The position numbers were made by a program, and so were the translations under genes. 64,000 nt of DNA, from contig CAVWLR010000007.1 of assembly GCA_963755855.1 (NCBI GenBank), forward strand, positions 62,984 to 126,983, given 5' to 3'. The first letter of the stretch is position 1, and each line of letters starts with the position of its first letter. Of this stretch, positions 30,268 to 39,741 are shown piece by piece. The notes beneath the pieces are model-generated. The model saw only the letters and a program-made list of their open reading frames with translations. It ran no database searches and was not told the origin of the DNA. Source of the stretch: an uncultured Actinomycetes bacterium (GTDB lineage Bacteria > Actinomycetota > Acidimicrobiia > IMCC26256 > DASPTH01).

Positions 30268-31544
30268 CGGACGCCCTCCCTCGAGTCGGCCTTCATCGCT
30301 GGAGAACGCTTCGCTGATCGCGGTCAGTGAGCTTTCGAGGTCGGTGCCGGGCGGGTCGGGGAGGCGGACGGGCCCGTGTTCGCGTGACGGCAGGAGGATG
30401 GTGGCGGTGCCGGGGGTGGTGTTCGTGCCGCGTTGGTTGGTGGCGGCGAGCTCGAGGTCGACGGCGGGACGGTCACCGTCGGCGAGGTACTTGCGGGTGA
30501 TGGTGCCGGTGAGGTGGTGCACGTCACCGACGTAGTTGAACCCGCGGAAGGAGCACTCGAGCTTCCAGAGCCAGGCGTCGTCACCCATCCAGTCGGTGCA
30601 GAGATGGATCAACCACGTCTCGCGCATCCGCCCGTAGTCGTACGTGGTCGGGTTGCCGGCGCGGCGGGCCCACTCGGGATCCCAGTGCACTCGCTGCTGC
30701 ACGTCGGGGATGCCCTGGTCGTCGAGCTTGAAGAACCGTGGGATGCGCTGGCGGTTCGCGACACCGAGCGCGAGGGGCTTGACGTCGTAGAGGCCCATGC
30801 CCATCCCGACGTGCCAGCAGACCATGTCGGTCACCAGCATCGGACCCTTCACCATCGGGCCCACGACGTCACCCTCGGCGACGTCCTCCCACGAGCCGCG
30901 GCTCGGCGCCCCGGCGCGATGCCGCCGCGTACTCGGCGTCGAGGTCCGCGATCTGCTCCTCGGTCCAGTGCGCGGGTTCGATGGCGTCGTACTTCTTCTT
31001 CTCCCGTGCCTTCTTCCGCTCGGTGCGGATCATCAGCCGGTACTGACCCGACAGCACCGTGCCGTCGTCGTCGCGGAACACGTTCGCCGACCACTCGTGC
31101 ACCGCCCGCCCCGCGAACTCCGACGGCTTGTCGAGCACCGCCACCATCGCGTTGCGGCGCCACACCCGATGATCGGGCCGCAGGGGCGCCCACCACTCCC
31201 GGGCGCTGGCGGAGTAGAAGGCGTGCACACCGCGCAGCGGGTCACCCGCGCATCAGGTCCTTCTTGTCGTCGGGGACCGCGGTGACCTCGTCCTCACCGA
31301 TCAGCGAATCGCCACCCACCAACGTCGGCGGCGCCAACGGCCCACCCCACACGCTCGCCGCCGCGTACTCCGGGTCGCCCCACAACGGGTTGTCGTCGCC
31401 GTAGCTCTCGGCCACGATCCGGAACGCATCCGTGTTCGGCCGCAAGTAGTGCGGACGCCGCGTCCACGGCTCCGCCACCCCCACCCGCGCCCGCAGACGC
31501 TCCACGCCCTCGTCGGTGATGGTGCCACTCGTCGTGTCGGTCAC
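30268..31544 (-). pseudogene. MaoC-type double hotdog-fold (R)-hydratase-like protein, at least 2 frame breaks, 3-prime end uncertain
   Basis: GTG 31544. VTDTTSGTITDEGVERLRARVG... joins ...DPLRGVHAFYSASAREWW... (break near 31240) and ...VVGPMVKGPMLVTDMVCWHVG... (break near 30890). No in-frame stop before the next ATG, so the true end is unresolved. Confidence 0.6.
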
Positions 31545-31551
31545 AAGACCC

Positions 31552-31569
31552 CGGAATATACAATCTGCC
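31552..31569. promoter_or_regulatory. Shared 18-nt promoter/operator motif (copy 2, reverse orientation)
   Basis: The reverse complement reads GGCAGATTGTATATTCCG. TATATT on the minus strand lies 10 nt before GTG 31544. TACAAT on the plus strand faces the hydratase at 31617. Confidence 0.45.
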
Positions 31570-31616
31570 GGCTCGGTCCACGCCGGGCCTGCGACCACGA
31601 TCGAGCTGGAGCTCCC

Positions 31617-32452
31617 GTGACCTACTCCGACGAGATCGACGGCGTCCGCTTCGACGTCGCCGACGGCATCGCCATCGATCACCATCGACCGGCCCGAGGC
31701 GGGCAACGCGCTGACCGGTGCGCAGCGGGCCCGCATGGGCGAGTGGCTCGGCCGCGCCGACGAGGACCTCGGCATCCGCTGCGTGGTGCTGCAGGCGACC
31801 GGGCCGCTTCTTCTGCACCGGGGCCGACCTGCGCGGGGGCACCGCCATCCCCGATGCGCCCGCGCGACCCGACGACGCGCCCGACGAGGTGATCGGCGAC
31901 CGTCGCCGCATGATGCTGCGGGGCGCGATCAAGACCGTGAGCGCGATCCTCGACTGCGAGGTCCCGGTCATCGCCAAGGTGCAGGGCACGGCGGCCGGCA
32001 TCGGCGCCCACCTCGCGCTCGCGTGCGACCTGGTCGTCGCGTCGGAGAACGCCAAGTTCATCGAGGTGTTCGCACGCCGCGCGCTCACCGCCGACGGCCT
32101 CGGCACCTGGCTCCTCCCCCGCCTCATCGGGCTGCAGCGGGCCAAGGAGCTCATCCTGCTGGCCGAGGACGTCACCGCGCAGCGCGGCTACGAGATCGGG
32201 CTGGTCACCCGGGTGGTGCCCGCCGAGGATCTCGACACCACCGTGGCCGACATGGCCCGCAAGCTCGCCGACGGCCCGACGCGTGCGCACTCGGTCAACA
32301 AGTGGCTGCTGAACCGGTCGCTCGACGTCGACCGCGCCACCATCGCCCAGGAAGAGGCGTGGATGGTCGACCTGATGGGTCGCAGCCTCGACAGCGAAGA
32401 GGGCGTCAGCAGCTTCATCGAGAAGCGCGAGCCCAAGTTCCGCGGCTACTAG
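31617..32452 (+). pseudogene. Enoyl-CoA hydratase/isomerase, frame broken twice
   Basis: VTYSDEIDGVRFDVADGIA... then ...MGEWLGRADEDLGIRCVVLQATGP... then ...FFCTGADLRGG...AKVQGTAAGIGAHL...FIEKREPKFRGY. Breaks near 31675 and 31805. Confidence 0.8.
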
Positions 32453-32497
32453 CTCCTCGGCTGCTGAAGACGCAGCGAGCAGAGCGAGCGAGGGCGG

Positions 32498-33208
32498 CTA
32501 GGGAGCGAACATCCCGCGGGATGCGAGGAGCTCGATCACCAGTTCGCCCTGGTCGGTGAGCAGCGTCACGCACGCGTCGGCCGCACGGTCGGGGTCGTCG
32601 GCGTCGATCGCAGCGACGATCGCCTTGGTGCCGCGTTGCTGCGTGGCGCCACTGCCGGGCACCAGCTCGAAGAAGTTGCCGGGCACCACCGTCGACATGT
32701 TGCGCATCACGCTGCCGAGGCGAGGCGAGCGCGCGATCGCGAGCAGCGTGCGGAGGAACACGTCGTTGGTGTCGTGCAGCTCGTCGGGCGTGGTCGCGAC
32801 GGCCAACGCCTCCTGCGCCACGCGCAGCCGGTCGCGCGAGTCGGGCGTCGACCGGGACACGGCCCGGCGCGCGGCCAGCCCGTAGACCAGACCCAGCAGC
32901 TCGTAGTGGTCGCGCAGGGAGTCCTCGTCGAGCCCGTGCACGAAGGCACCGCGGTGCGGCGTGATCGTCAGCCAGCCCTCGCGGTCGAGGGCGATGATCG
33001 CCTCGCGCACGGGGATGCGGCTCACCCCGAGCTGGCGGGCGATGTCGTCCTGGTGGACGCGGTCGCCCTGGCGCAGCTCGCCGTTGAAGATCAGCGACCG
33101 CACGTGGATCGCGACCAGGTCGCCGCTGCTGGGACGGTCGATGAGGGGCACAGGCGAGAAGCCACCGACCTCCGGTGAGGAGGGCTCCTCTTCCTGCTTC
33201 GCGGCCAC
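32498..33208 (-). CDS. GntR-family regulator, FadR/FCD subfamily
   Basis: Winged helix DDIARQLGVSRIPVREAIIALDREGWL plus an all-helical C-terminal domain. The GTG start is embedded in CACGTGTATACG, which contains a GTATAC palindrome and may act as an auto-operator or leaderless start. Confidence 0.85.
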   Translation of the reverse strand: MAAKQEEEPSSPEVGGFSPVPLIDRPSSGDLVAIHVRSLIFNGELRQGDRVHQDDIARQLGVSRIPVREAIIALDREGWLTITPHRGAFVHGLDEDSLRDHYELLGLVYGLAARRAVSRSTPDSRDRLRVAQEALAVATTPDELHDTNDVFLRTLLAIARSPRLGSVMRNMSTVVPGNFFELVPGSGATQQRGTKAIVAAIDADDPDRAADACVTLLTDQGELVIELLASRGMFAP

Positions 33209-33228
33209 GTGTATACGTTATGCGACTC

Positions 33229-33249
33229 CCTCGGGCGGGCCCGCCGAGG
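33229..33249 (-). terminator. GC-rich hairpin downstream of the racemase-like gene
   Basis: CCTCGGGCGG-gc-CCGCCGAGG (9 bp with one bulge) lies 20 nt past the stop at 33270. No U-tract. Confidence 0.35.
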
Positions 33250-33269
33250 CGGGCACTCTCAGCGGGCAC

Positions 33270-34422
33270 TCAGGCGATCGCGCCGGTCTCCCGCAGGCCT
33301 GCGACCTCGCCGGCGCCGAACCCGAACTCGGCGAGCACGGCGTCGGTGTCGACGCCGGGGTACGCGTACGAGTCGCCCGGCTCGGCGACGGTGCGGCTGA
33401 AGCGCGGCGCCGGCGCGACCTGCCGACCGCCGTCGGGCGCGGGGACGAAGAGGTCGCGGGCCACGTTGTGCGGGTGCTCGTGCGCCTCGTCGAACCGGTA
33501 CACCGGCGCGAAGCACACGTCGGTGCCACCGAGCTGCGCCTCCCACTCGGCGCGCGTCTTCGTGCGCACCGCGGCGGCGATGCGGTCCTTCATCTCGGGC
33601 CACCGCGACCGGTCGTACTGCTCGGGCAGGTCGTCGCCGGCGATGCCGAGCTGCTCGAGCAGCTGCGCGTAGAAGTGCGGTTCGATCGGCGCCAGCGTGA
33701 CGTACTTGCCGTCGGCGGTCTCGTACACGGAGTAGAAGGGCGACGCCGCCGTCGAACAGGTTGGTGCCGATCTCCTCGGTGTGCATGCCCGAGCGCGCCA
33801 TGCCGTAGAACACGGAGAAGATCGACGCCACGCCGTCGACCATCGCCGCGTCGACGACCTGGCCCTTGCCCGACCGCTGCGCCTCGAACAGCGCGCAGAC
33901 CACGCCGTACGCGAGGTGGAGACCACCGCCGGCGAAGTCGCCGAGCACCTGGAGCACCGGCACCGGCGCGCCGTGCGGCGCGCCGACCGAACCGATGGCG
34001 CCGGTGAGCGACTCGTAGTTGAGCGAGTGACCTGCGCTGTGCGCGAGCGGTCCGTCCTGTCCCCAGCCGGTGAGGCGGCCGTAGACGAGCTTGGGGTTGC
34101 GGGCGAGGGCGGCGTCGGGGCCGACGCCGAGGCGCTCGGCCACCCCGGGCCGGAACGACTCGAGCAGCGCGTCGGCCTGCTCGGCGAGCCGCAGCACCAC
34201 CTCGACGCCGTCGGGGTGCTTCAGGTCGACGCCGATCGAGCGCCGGCCGCGGTCCCACTCCGAGAACGCCGTGGGCGGGTCGGGCGGCGCGCCCGGGACC
34301 TCGACGGCGCGGTCGACACGGATCACGTCGGCGCCCATGTCGGCCAGCTTCAACGTGCCGAACGGCAGCGCGCCGAGCCCGGCGAGCTCCACGACCTTCA
34401 CCCCGGTCAGCGGTCCACTCAT
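33270..34422 (-). pseudogene. mcr: Alpha-methylacyl-CoA racemase-like family III CoA-transferase, one frame break near 33745
   Basis: Contains MSGPLTGVKVVELAGLGALPFGTLKLADMGADVIRVDR, RLTGWGQDGPLAHSAGHSLNY and [28 protein letters not shown], close to the mycobacterial MCR/AMACR motifs as I remember them. Confidence 0.75.
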
Positions 34423-34526
34423 GAGCGGTACGGTACGGCCCGCGCCCACGCCGGCACCAGGGCCGACACCAGGGGCCGGCAACGACCGGGCGCCACCGAC
34501 CAGGACCAGACCAGGGGGACACGACG

Positions 34527-35286
34527 ATGACCGAGTCACGCTTCGACGGGAAGGTCGCGCTGGTCACCGGCGCCGGTTCGGGCATCGGGCGCGCGGTCGC
34601 GCTGCGCCTCACCGGCCGAAGGCGCCCAGGTGCTCGCCCACGATCTCAACGCCGACGCGCTGGCCGAGACGGCCAAGCTCGTCGCCGATGCCGGCAACAC
34701 GCTGACCACGCGCACCGGCGACATCAGCAGCCGCGACGAGTGCGTCGCCACCGTCGCCGCCGCGGTCGACCAGTTCGGCGGGCTCGACGTGCTCGGCAAC
34801 ATCGCCGGCATCGCGCGCGCCGAGCACTTCCCCGACGTCGACGAGCGCGCCTACCGCCAGATGATGGGCGTGAACGTCGACGGGTGCTTCTTCCTCGCGC
34901 AGGCTGCGATCCCCCACCTGCTCGAGCGCGACGGCAACATCGTGAACATCGCGTCGAACGCCGGGCTCATGGGCCAGGCGTACACCGTCGCCTACTGCAT
35001 GACCAAGGGTGCGATCGTGCAGCTCACGCGCGCGCTGGCGATGGAGTACGCGAAGCAGCCCCTGCGCGTCAACGCGATCGCGCCGGGCGGCGTCGACACG
35101 TCGCTGAGCCGCAACTTCCAGATCCCCGAGGACCTCGACTTCGAGCTGATGGGTCGCTACACCGGCTTCCGCGCCATGGGTTCGGCCGACGACATCGCGT
35201 CGATGTTCGCGCTGGTCGCGTCCGACGAGGGCCGCAGCATCCACGGCGCCATCCTCTCGGTCGACCGCGGCATCACCGCCGGGTAG
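34527..35286 (+). pseudogene. Short-chain dehydrogenase/reductase, one frame break near 34615
   Basis: MTESRFDGKVALVTGAGSGIGRAVALRL then a shift to ...AYCMTKGAIVQLTRALAMEY (YxxxK)...SVDRGITAG. Confidence 0.8.
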
Positions 35287-35292
35287 CGGTCC

Positions 35293-36404
35293 TCAGGACG
35301 TGGGCGTCGACGCCCGGGCCTCGGCCAGGCGGCGGCGCACCCCGTAGGACGTGTCGTCGGGCGCGTAGCGCTCGGCGCGGCGGAACGCATCGGCGGCGGC
35401 GGCGTCGTCGCCGAGCGCGAAGTGGCAGAGGCCGAGCAGCGCCCACGGCCACTCGCCGAAGACGCGCTCGTCGTACGACGCCCCGGTGGCGACGATCGCA
35501 TCGTCGGTGAGACCGACCAACCAGTCGAGCGGTTCGAGCGCATCGCGCGGTCGGCCCGTGGCGAACGCGAGGCGTGCGGCGGCGAGCTCGATGGTCGGCG
35601 TGCGTACGAAGCGCTCGCGCGCCTCGGTGACCAGCTGGCCGAGCTCGTCGTCGAGCACGCCGTGCTCGAGCAGGTGGTGGATGAGATCGACGTAGAGCAC
35701 GCGATCGCCGGTGCGGACGCCACGCTCGCGGACCTGCACGATTCCCGCCTTCCACGTGTCGACGGCGCGGGCACCGTCACCGGCGGCGGCCTGGATGCGG
35801 GCGAGGTGGTCGGCGACCGACGGCTGATCGGGATGGCGGGCGAGCTCGGCCACCAGCAGGGGTTCGTCCCGCGCTCGCTTCTCGGGACGCTCGCCCTCGT
35901 GGCCGCGGCGGTGGATCGTGATGCGATCGAGGGACGGGATGTCGTCGCCCTCGCCTCCGGTCGCGGCGCGCACGGCCGGCACGATGCTCTCGTGGACTCG
36001 ACCCACGAAGCGGAGGTCGGGCCGGTTGCGCCACAGTCGACACTCGCGCGACGGCGTCCACCGGGGCGCGGGACGAACCGCACCCGGAACGCCACCGGCG
36101 CCTCGGGGTCGGCGAGCACCGACCGGACGCCCTCGAAGTCGCCGCGAACCTGCTCGTCGGCGTCGACGCAGAGGATCCAGTCACCGGTGGCGAGCTCGAG
36201 CCCGCGGTTGCGCGGCGTCGCGTAGTCACCCCGCCAGGGCTCGTGGGCGATCACGGCGCCGTGCTGCTCGGCCACCGCCACCGAGCCGTCGGTGGACCCG
36301 GTGTCGACGACGACCATCTCGTCGACCAGGCCGCGAAGCGAGGCGAGGCACCCGTCGAGGCGGGCGGCGTCGTCCCTGACGATGATTGCGGCGGACAGCG
36401 TCAC
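35293..36404 (-). pseudogene. GT2 (GT-A) glycosyltransferase with C-terminal TPR-like helical domain (SunS-like architecture), one frame break near 36050
   Basis: Starts VTLSAAIIVRDDAARLDGCLASL. Contains VVVDTGSTDGS, ILCVDADE (DxD) and RLWRNRPDLRFVGRVHESI, followed by about 190 aa of helical repeats. Confidence 0.75.
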
Positions 36405-36416
36405 CGCACCCGATCG

Positions 36417-36533
36417 CTAACTGGCGATCGCGTCGTCGGGCAGCGCCGACGCGCACCCGATCGGCGGCGGGAACGACGACGGGCGACGCTCGCCGTCGGG
36501 ATCCTCGGAGGCGGCTGCGAAGCCCTCGGACAC
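36417..36533 (-). CDS. Hypothetical 38-aa peptide immediately upstream of the GT2-TPR gene
   Basis: GTG 36533 lies 9 nt after GGAGG (GGTGAGGAGGGGAACCCAC GTG). Peptide VSEGFAAASEDPDGERRPSSFPPPIGCASALPDDAIAS. 34 of 38 codons end in G/C. TAG lies 12 nt before the glycosyltransferase GTG. No homology evidence. Confidence 0.3.
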   Translation of the reverse strand: MSEGFAAASEDPDGERRPSSFPPPIGCASALPDDAIAS

Positions 36534-36629
36534 GTGGGTTCCCCTCCTCACCGCGCTCGGCGCGATCGGCGCGCGATTCGGGAAAGGCTACCTGATCGCG
36601 CCCTCGGCCACGTCGTTCGGCGCCGCCGC

Positions 36630-39023
36630 TCAGCCGGTCACGGGCGGCGTGGTCTCGAGGATGCCGGCGGCCAGGAGGCGGTCGACCTCGGCGGCGTCGC
36701 GACCCGAGCAGGTCGCGCGCGATCTGCCGCGGTGTGCTCGCCGAGCTCCGGCGCCTGGTGCACGTCGGGGCCGACCATGTGCTCGCCCCGGAACGCGGCA
36801 CCGTCGAGCCAGAGCGGCCCGACGCCGGGCTGGTCGATCCTCACCGCGAAGCCCCGGGCCTCGAACTGCGGGTCGCTCACCTGCTCCGCGCCGGTGAGCA
36901 TCGGCGCGGCCGGGACACCCTCGCGCTGGCACGCAGCGGCGACGTCGTCCTTCGTGCGCGTCGCGGTCCACTCGCCGATGCGCTCGTCGAGCTCGTCGGC
37001 GCGCGCCCGGCGCCCGTCCACGGTCGCGAGGGCGGGGTCGCCGCCCCAGGCCGGAGCACCCATGGCCGCCACCAGACCGCGCCAGTCGGCGTCGTCACGA
37101 CACGTGATCGCCGCCCACTGCTCCTCGCCGTCGCAGCGGTAGAGACCCCACGGCGCACCGATCTCACTGCGGTTGCCGAGCGGCACCACCGATCCCGCGG
37201 TCACGGCCTCGGCGGCGACGAGGTCGCCGAGCATCCCGACCACCGTCTCGACCTGCGCCACCTCGACGTGCACGCCGTGGTTCACCCCACGTTCGCGACC
37301 CACCAGCGCCGCCAGCGACGACACCGCTCCGAGGCACCCGGCGACGTGGTCGGGGTAGATCGACGTCGAGCCGGCGGGCGCCTCGGTGTCGGCGTAGTTC
37401 CAGAGGTGCACGAGGCCGCCGGGCGGCTGGGTGCTCGGGCCGTAGCCCCGCCACCACGACCACGCGCCGTGCGAGCCCATGAGCTGGCTCGACACCATCA
37501 CCAGGTCGGGGTTCACGGCCTGCAGCGCGTCGAAGCCGATGCCGAGCTTGTCCATGGTGCCGGTCGAGTTGTTCTCGACGACCAGGTCGCTCTGCGCCGC
37601 CAGCTCGTGCAGGATGGCGACGCCTTCGGGCGTCTTCGCGTTCACGCCGAACCCGAGCTTGCTGCGGCTCGACGACGCGAACGACGGGTTGGTCTCGCCG
37701 CCGAGCTGCAGGCGCATGAAGTCGGTGTACGTGCGCGACTCGACCTTCATGACCTCGGCGCCGTACTCGGCGAAGCGCCGACCGACCTCGACCCCGACCG
37801 CGCCGTGACCGAAGTCCATGACCCGCAGTCCCGCGAGCGGCGGTCCGGCGACGGGCGGCGAGCGCAGTGGCGTCGCGGGCCGCACCGAGGTCGGCGAAGA
37901 CCGCGTCGGTGTGCTCCCCCACCGCGGGCGGCGGCGCGGCGGGACCGGCACGCTCGCCGTCGATCTCGAAGAAGCCCGACGGGATGGGTGCGGTGACGCC
38001 CGGCGCGACCTCGTCGCTCGACGAACGTGCCGCGCGACGCGGAAGTGCTCGTTGGTGATGATGTCGGCGGGCGTGAGCGCGGGCGTGCACACGATGCCCC
38101 GCTTCTGCGCCTCCTCCGACACCTCCTCCATGCTCAGGTCGGCGAAGTGCGCCTCGAACAGCGGGTTGAGCACGGTCTCGGCGATCTCGCGCCGGGCCAT
38201 GAAGCCGTCGAACGCGGGGTCCTGCAGGTAGTCGGGCTCGCCCAGCCACTCGCGCATCGCGTGCCACTGGCGGATGCTGAGGATGATGAGGCGCACGAAC
38301 CCGCCCTTGCAGGCGAAGATCGGGTAGATCGGCCCGTTCCCGAACCGCACCTCGCCGGCGGGGAACCCGGCCTCGATCCGCGCGGTGGCGTTGGGCAGCG
38401 CCCAGTCGGCGATCTGCGCGATCGCCTCGGTGGCCGAGACCTCGACGAACTGTCCGGCACCGGTCTGCTCGCGCTGGTAGAGCGCGCAGAGCAGCCCGAA
38501 CGCGCTGGTGATCGACGCGGCGTCGTCGACGAGGTGGCCGGGCGGGAAGATCGGGGTGCGCTCGGGCACGCCGGCCTTGAACGCGATGCCGCCGGTCGCG
38601 GCGAGCGTGGCGCTCGTGGCCTGCCAGTCGGCGTACGGTCCGTCGAGACCGAACGGCGTGAGCGCGCCCACCACGAGGTGCGGGTGACGCCGCGCGACGT
38701 CGCGGAGATCGAGGTCGGGCGCGAGCTCCACCGTCGAACCGACGAGGACGTCGCTGTGCGCGAGCAGCTCGTGGAACCGCTCGACGTCGCTCCGTGCCGG
38801 CGAGGTCGAGCACCACGCTCCGCTTGCCCGCGTTGCGCACCGCGAACGCGAGCGACACGCCTTCGCGCACCGGTGCCAGCTGCCGCGCCGGTGAGCCGCC
38901 GGGTGGCTCGACCTTCACGACGTCGGCGCCGAGGTCGCCGAGGAGACGGGCGGTCAGCTCACCGCGTTCGACGGTGCAGTCGACGACCCGGAGTCCGGAC
39001 AGGGGCAACGCACGCTCGCTCAT
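36630..39023 (-). pseudogene. Second fused double family III CoA-transferase, frame broken about 5 times
   Basis: Modules MSERALPLSGLRVVDCTVERGELTARLLGDLGADVVKVEPPGG and LAGLRVMDFGHGAVGVEVGRRFAEYGAEVMKVES. Breaks near 38795, 38040, 37870, 36735 and 36700. Ends ...LLAAGILETTPPVTG, TGA 36630-36632. Confidence 0.75.
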
Positions 39024-39050
39024 CCGGGCATCTCACCACACCGTCTGCCC

Positions 39051-39113
39051 CCCTCGCTCACTCCGTTCGCTCCGTCCCGCCGGCAGGGACGGAGCGAGCG
39101 GAGCGAACGAGGG
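39051..39113. repeat. Long GC-rich palindromic element (28-bp stem, 7-nt loop), possible terminator or REP-like element
   Basis: CCCTCGCTCACTCCGTTCGCTCCGTCCC-gccggca-GGGACGGAGCGAGCGGAGCGAACGAGGG. 25 Watson-Crick pairs, 1 G-T and 2 mismatches. Lies between the ycnI stop and the CoA-transferase start. Confidence 0.7.
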
Positions 39114-39124
39114 CGAAGGGTGTC

Positions 39125-39674
39125 TCAGTGGTGGTCGCTGGACGCGGCGGTGAGGGTGAGCGTCGGGGCCGGGTGCTCGGGCTCGGGGGCGCCCTTCACC
39201 GTCTGCTGGATCCAGCTCACGACCTCACCGTTGCTCGTAGGTCTGGACGGCCTTGAAGGTGAGCTTGCCCGTCTTGGTCGGGAGCGGACCCGCCGAGATG
39301 GTGAAGAGGTCGAACTGACCGGGCAGCAGGCCGCCGTCGGTGGCGGTCCAGGTGATCTTCGACACCGCCTCGGTGACCTGGCCGTCGTCGGTGGTCACCG
39401 GCTTGGCGAGGGTGGTCTTCTCGACCGCGGAGGTCCAACCGGGCATGGGCTGCAGGCTCACGAACGCGATCGGGTACTTGGTGGGGATCGTCACCTCGAG
39501 CTTGACCGTGTTGGCGGCCTGCTCCTCGTTGGGCACGTTGAAGCTCAGGACCTCGAACCCACCCTTGGGCGCGCTCGACGGCGTGACGGAGACGTGCGCC
39601 GCGGCCGGCAGCGCGGCCATGGCCACCACCCCCACGACGAGCCCGGCGAGCACGACGAGACGAAGCTTCTTCAC
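39125..39674 (-). pseudogene. ycnI: YcnI-family (DUF1775) secreted copper-binding protein, one frame break near 39236
   Basis: Signal peptide MKKLRLVVLAGLVVGVVAMAALPAAA followed by HVSVTP. After ...FKAVQTY an extra G displaces SNGEVVSWIQQTVKGAPEPEHPAPTLTLTAASSDHH. Confidence 0.75.
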
Positions 39675-39726
39675 TGATCTGCACCCCTCTGTGGTCGAAC
39701 GTCCACCGATCAGTCGACCACGGCGT

Positions 39727-39740
39727 CCGGAAAGTTCCGG
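39727..39740 (-). terminator. Short palindrome immediately after the STAS gene stop
   Basis: CCGGAA-ag-TTCCGG lies 2 nt beyond the stop. A second 8-bp-stem hairpin lies at 39691-39721. Confidence 0.25.
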
Positions 39741-39741
39741 G

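Noticed and set aside
36386-36595. 69-aa plus-strand ORF in the gap upstream of the glycosyltransferase
   Set aside because: Arg-rich (MRRTASPHPIANWRSRRRAAPTRTR...), TTG start, no RBS. The minus-strand 38-codon ORF with a strong SD is the better candidate for this gap.
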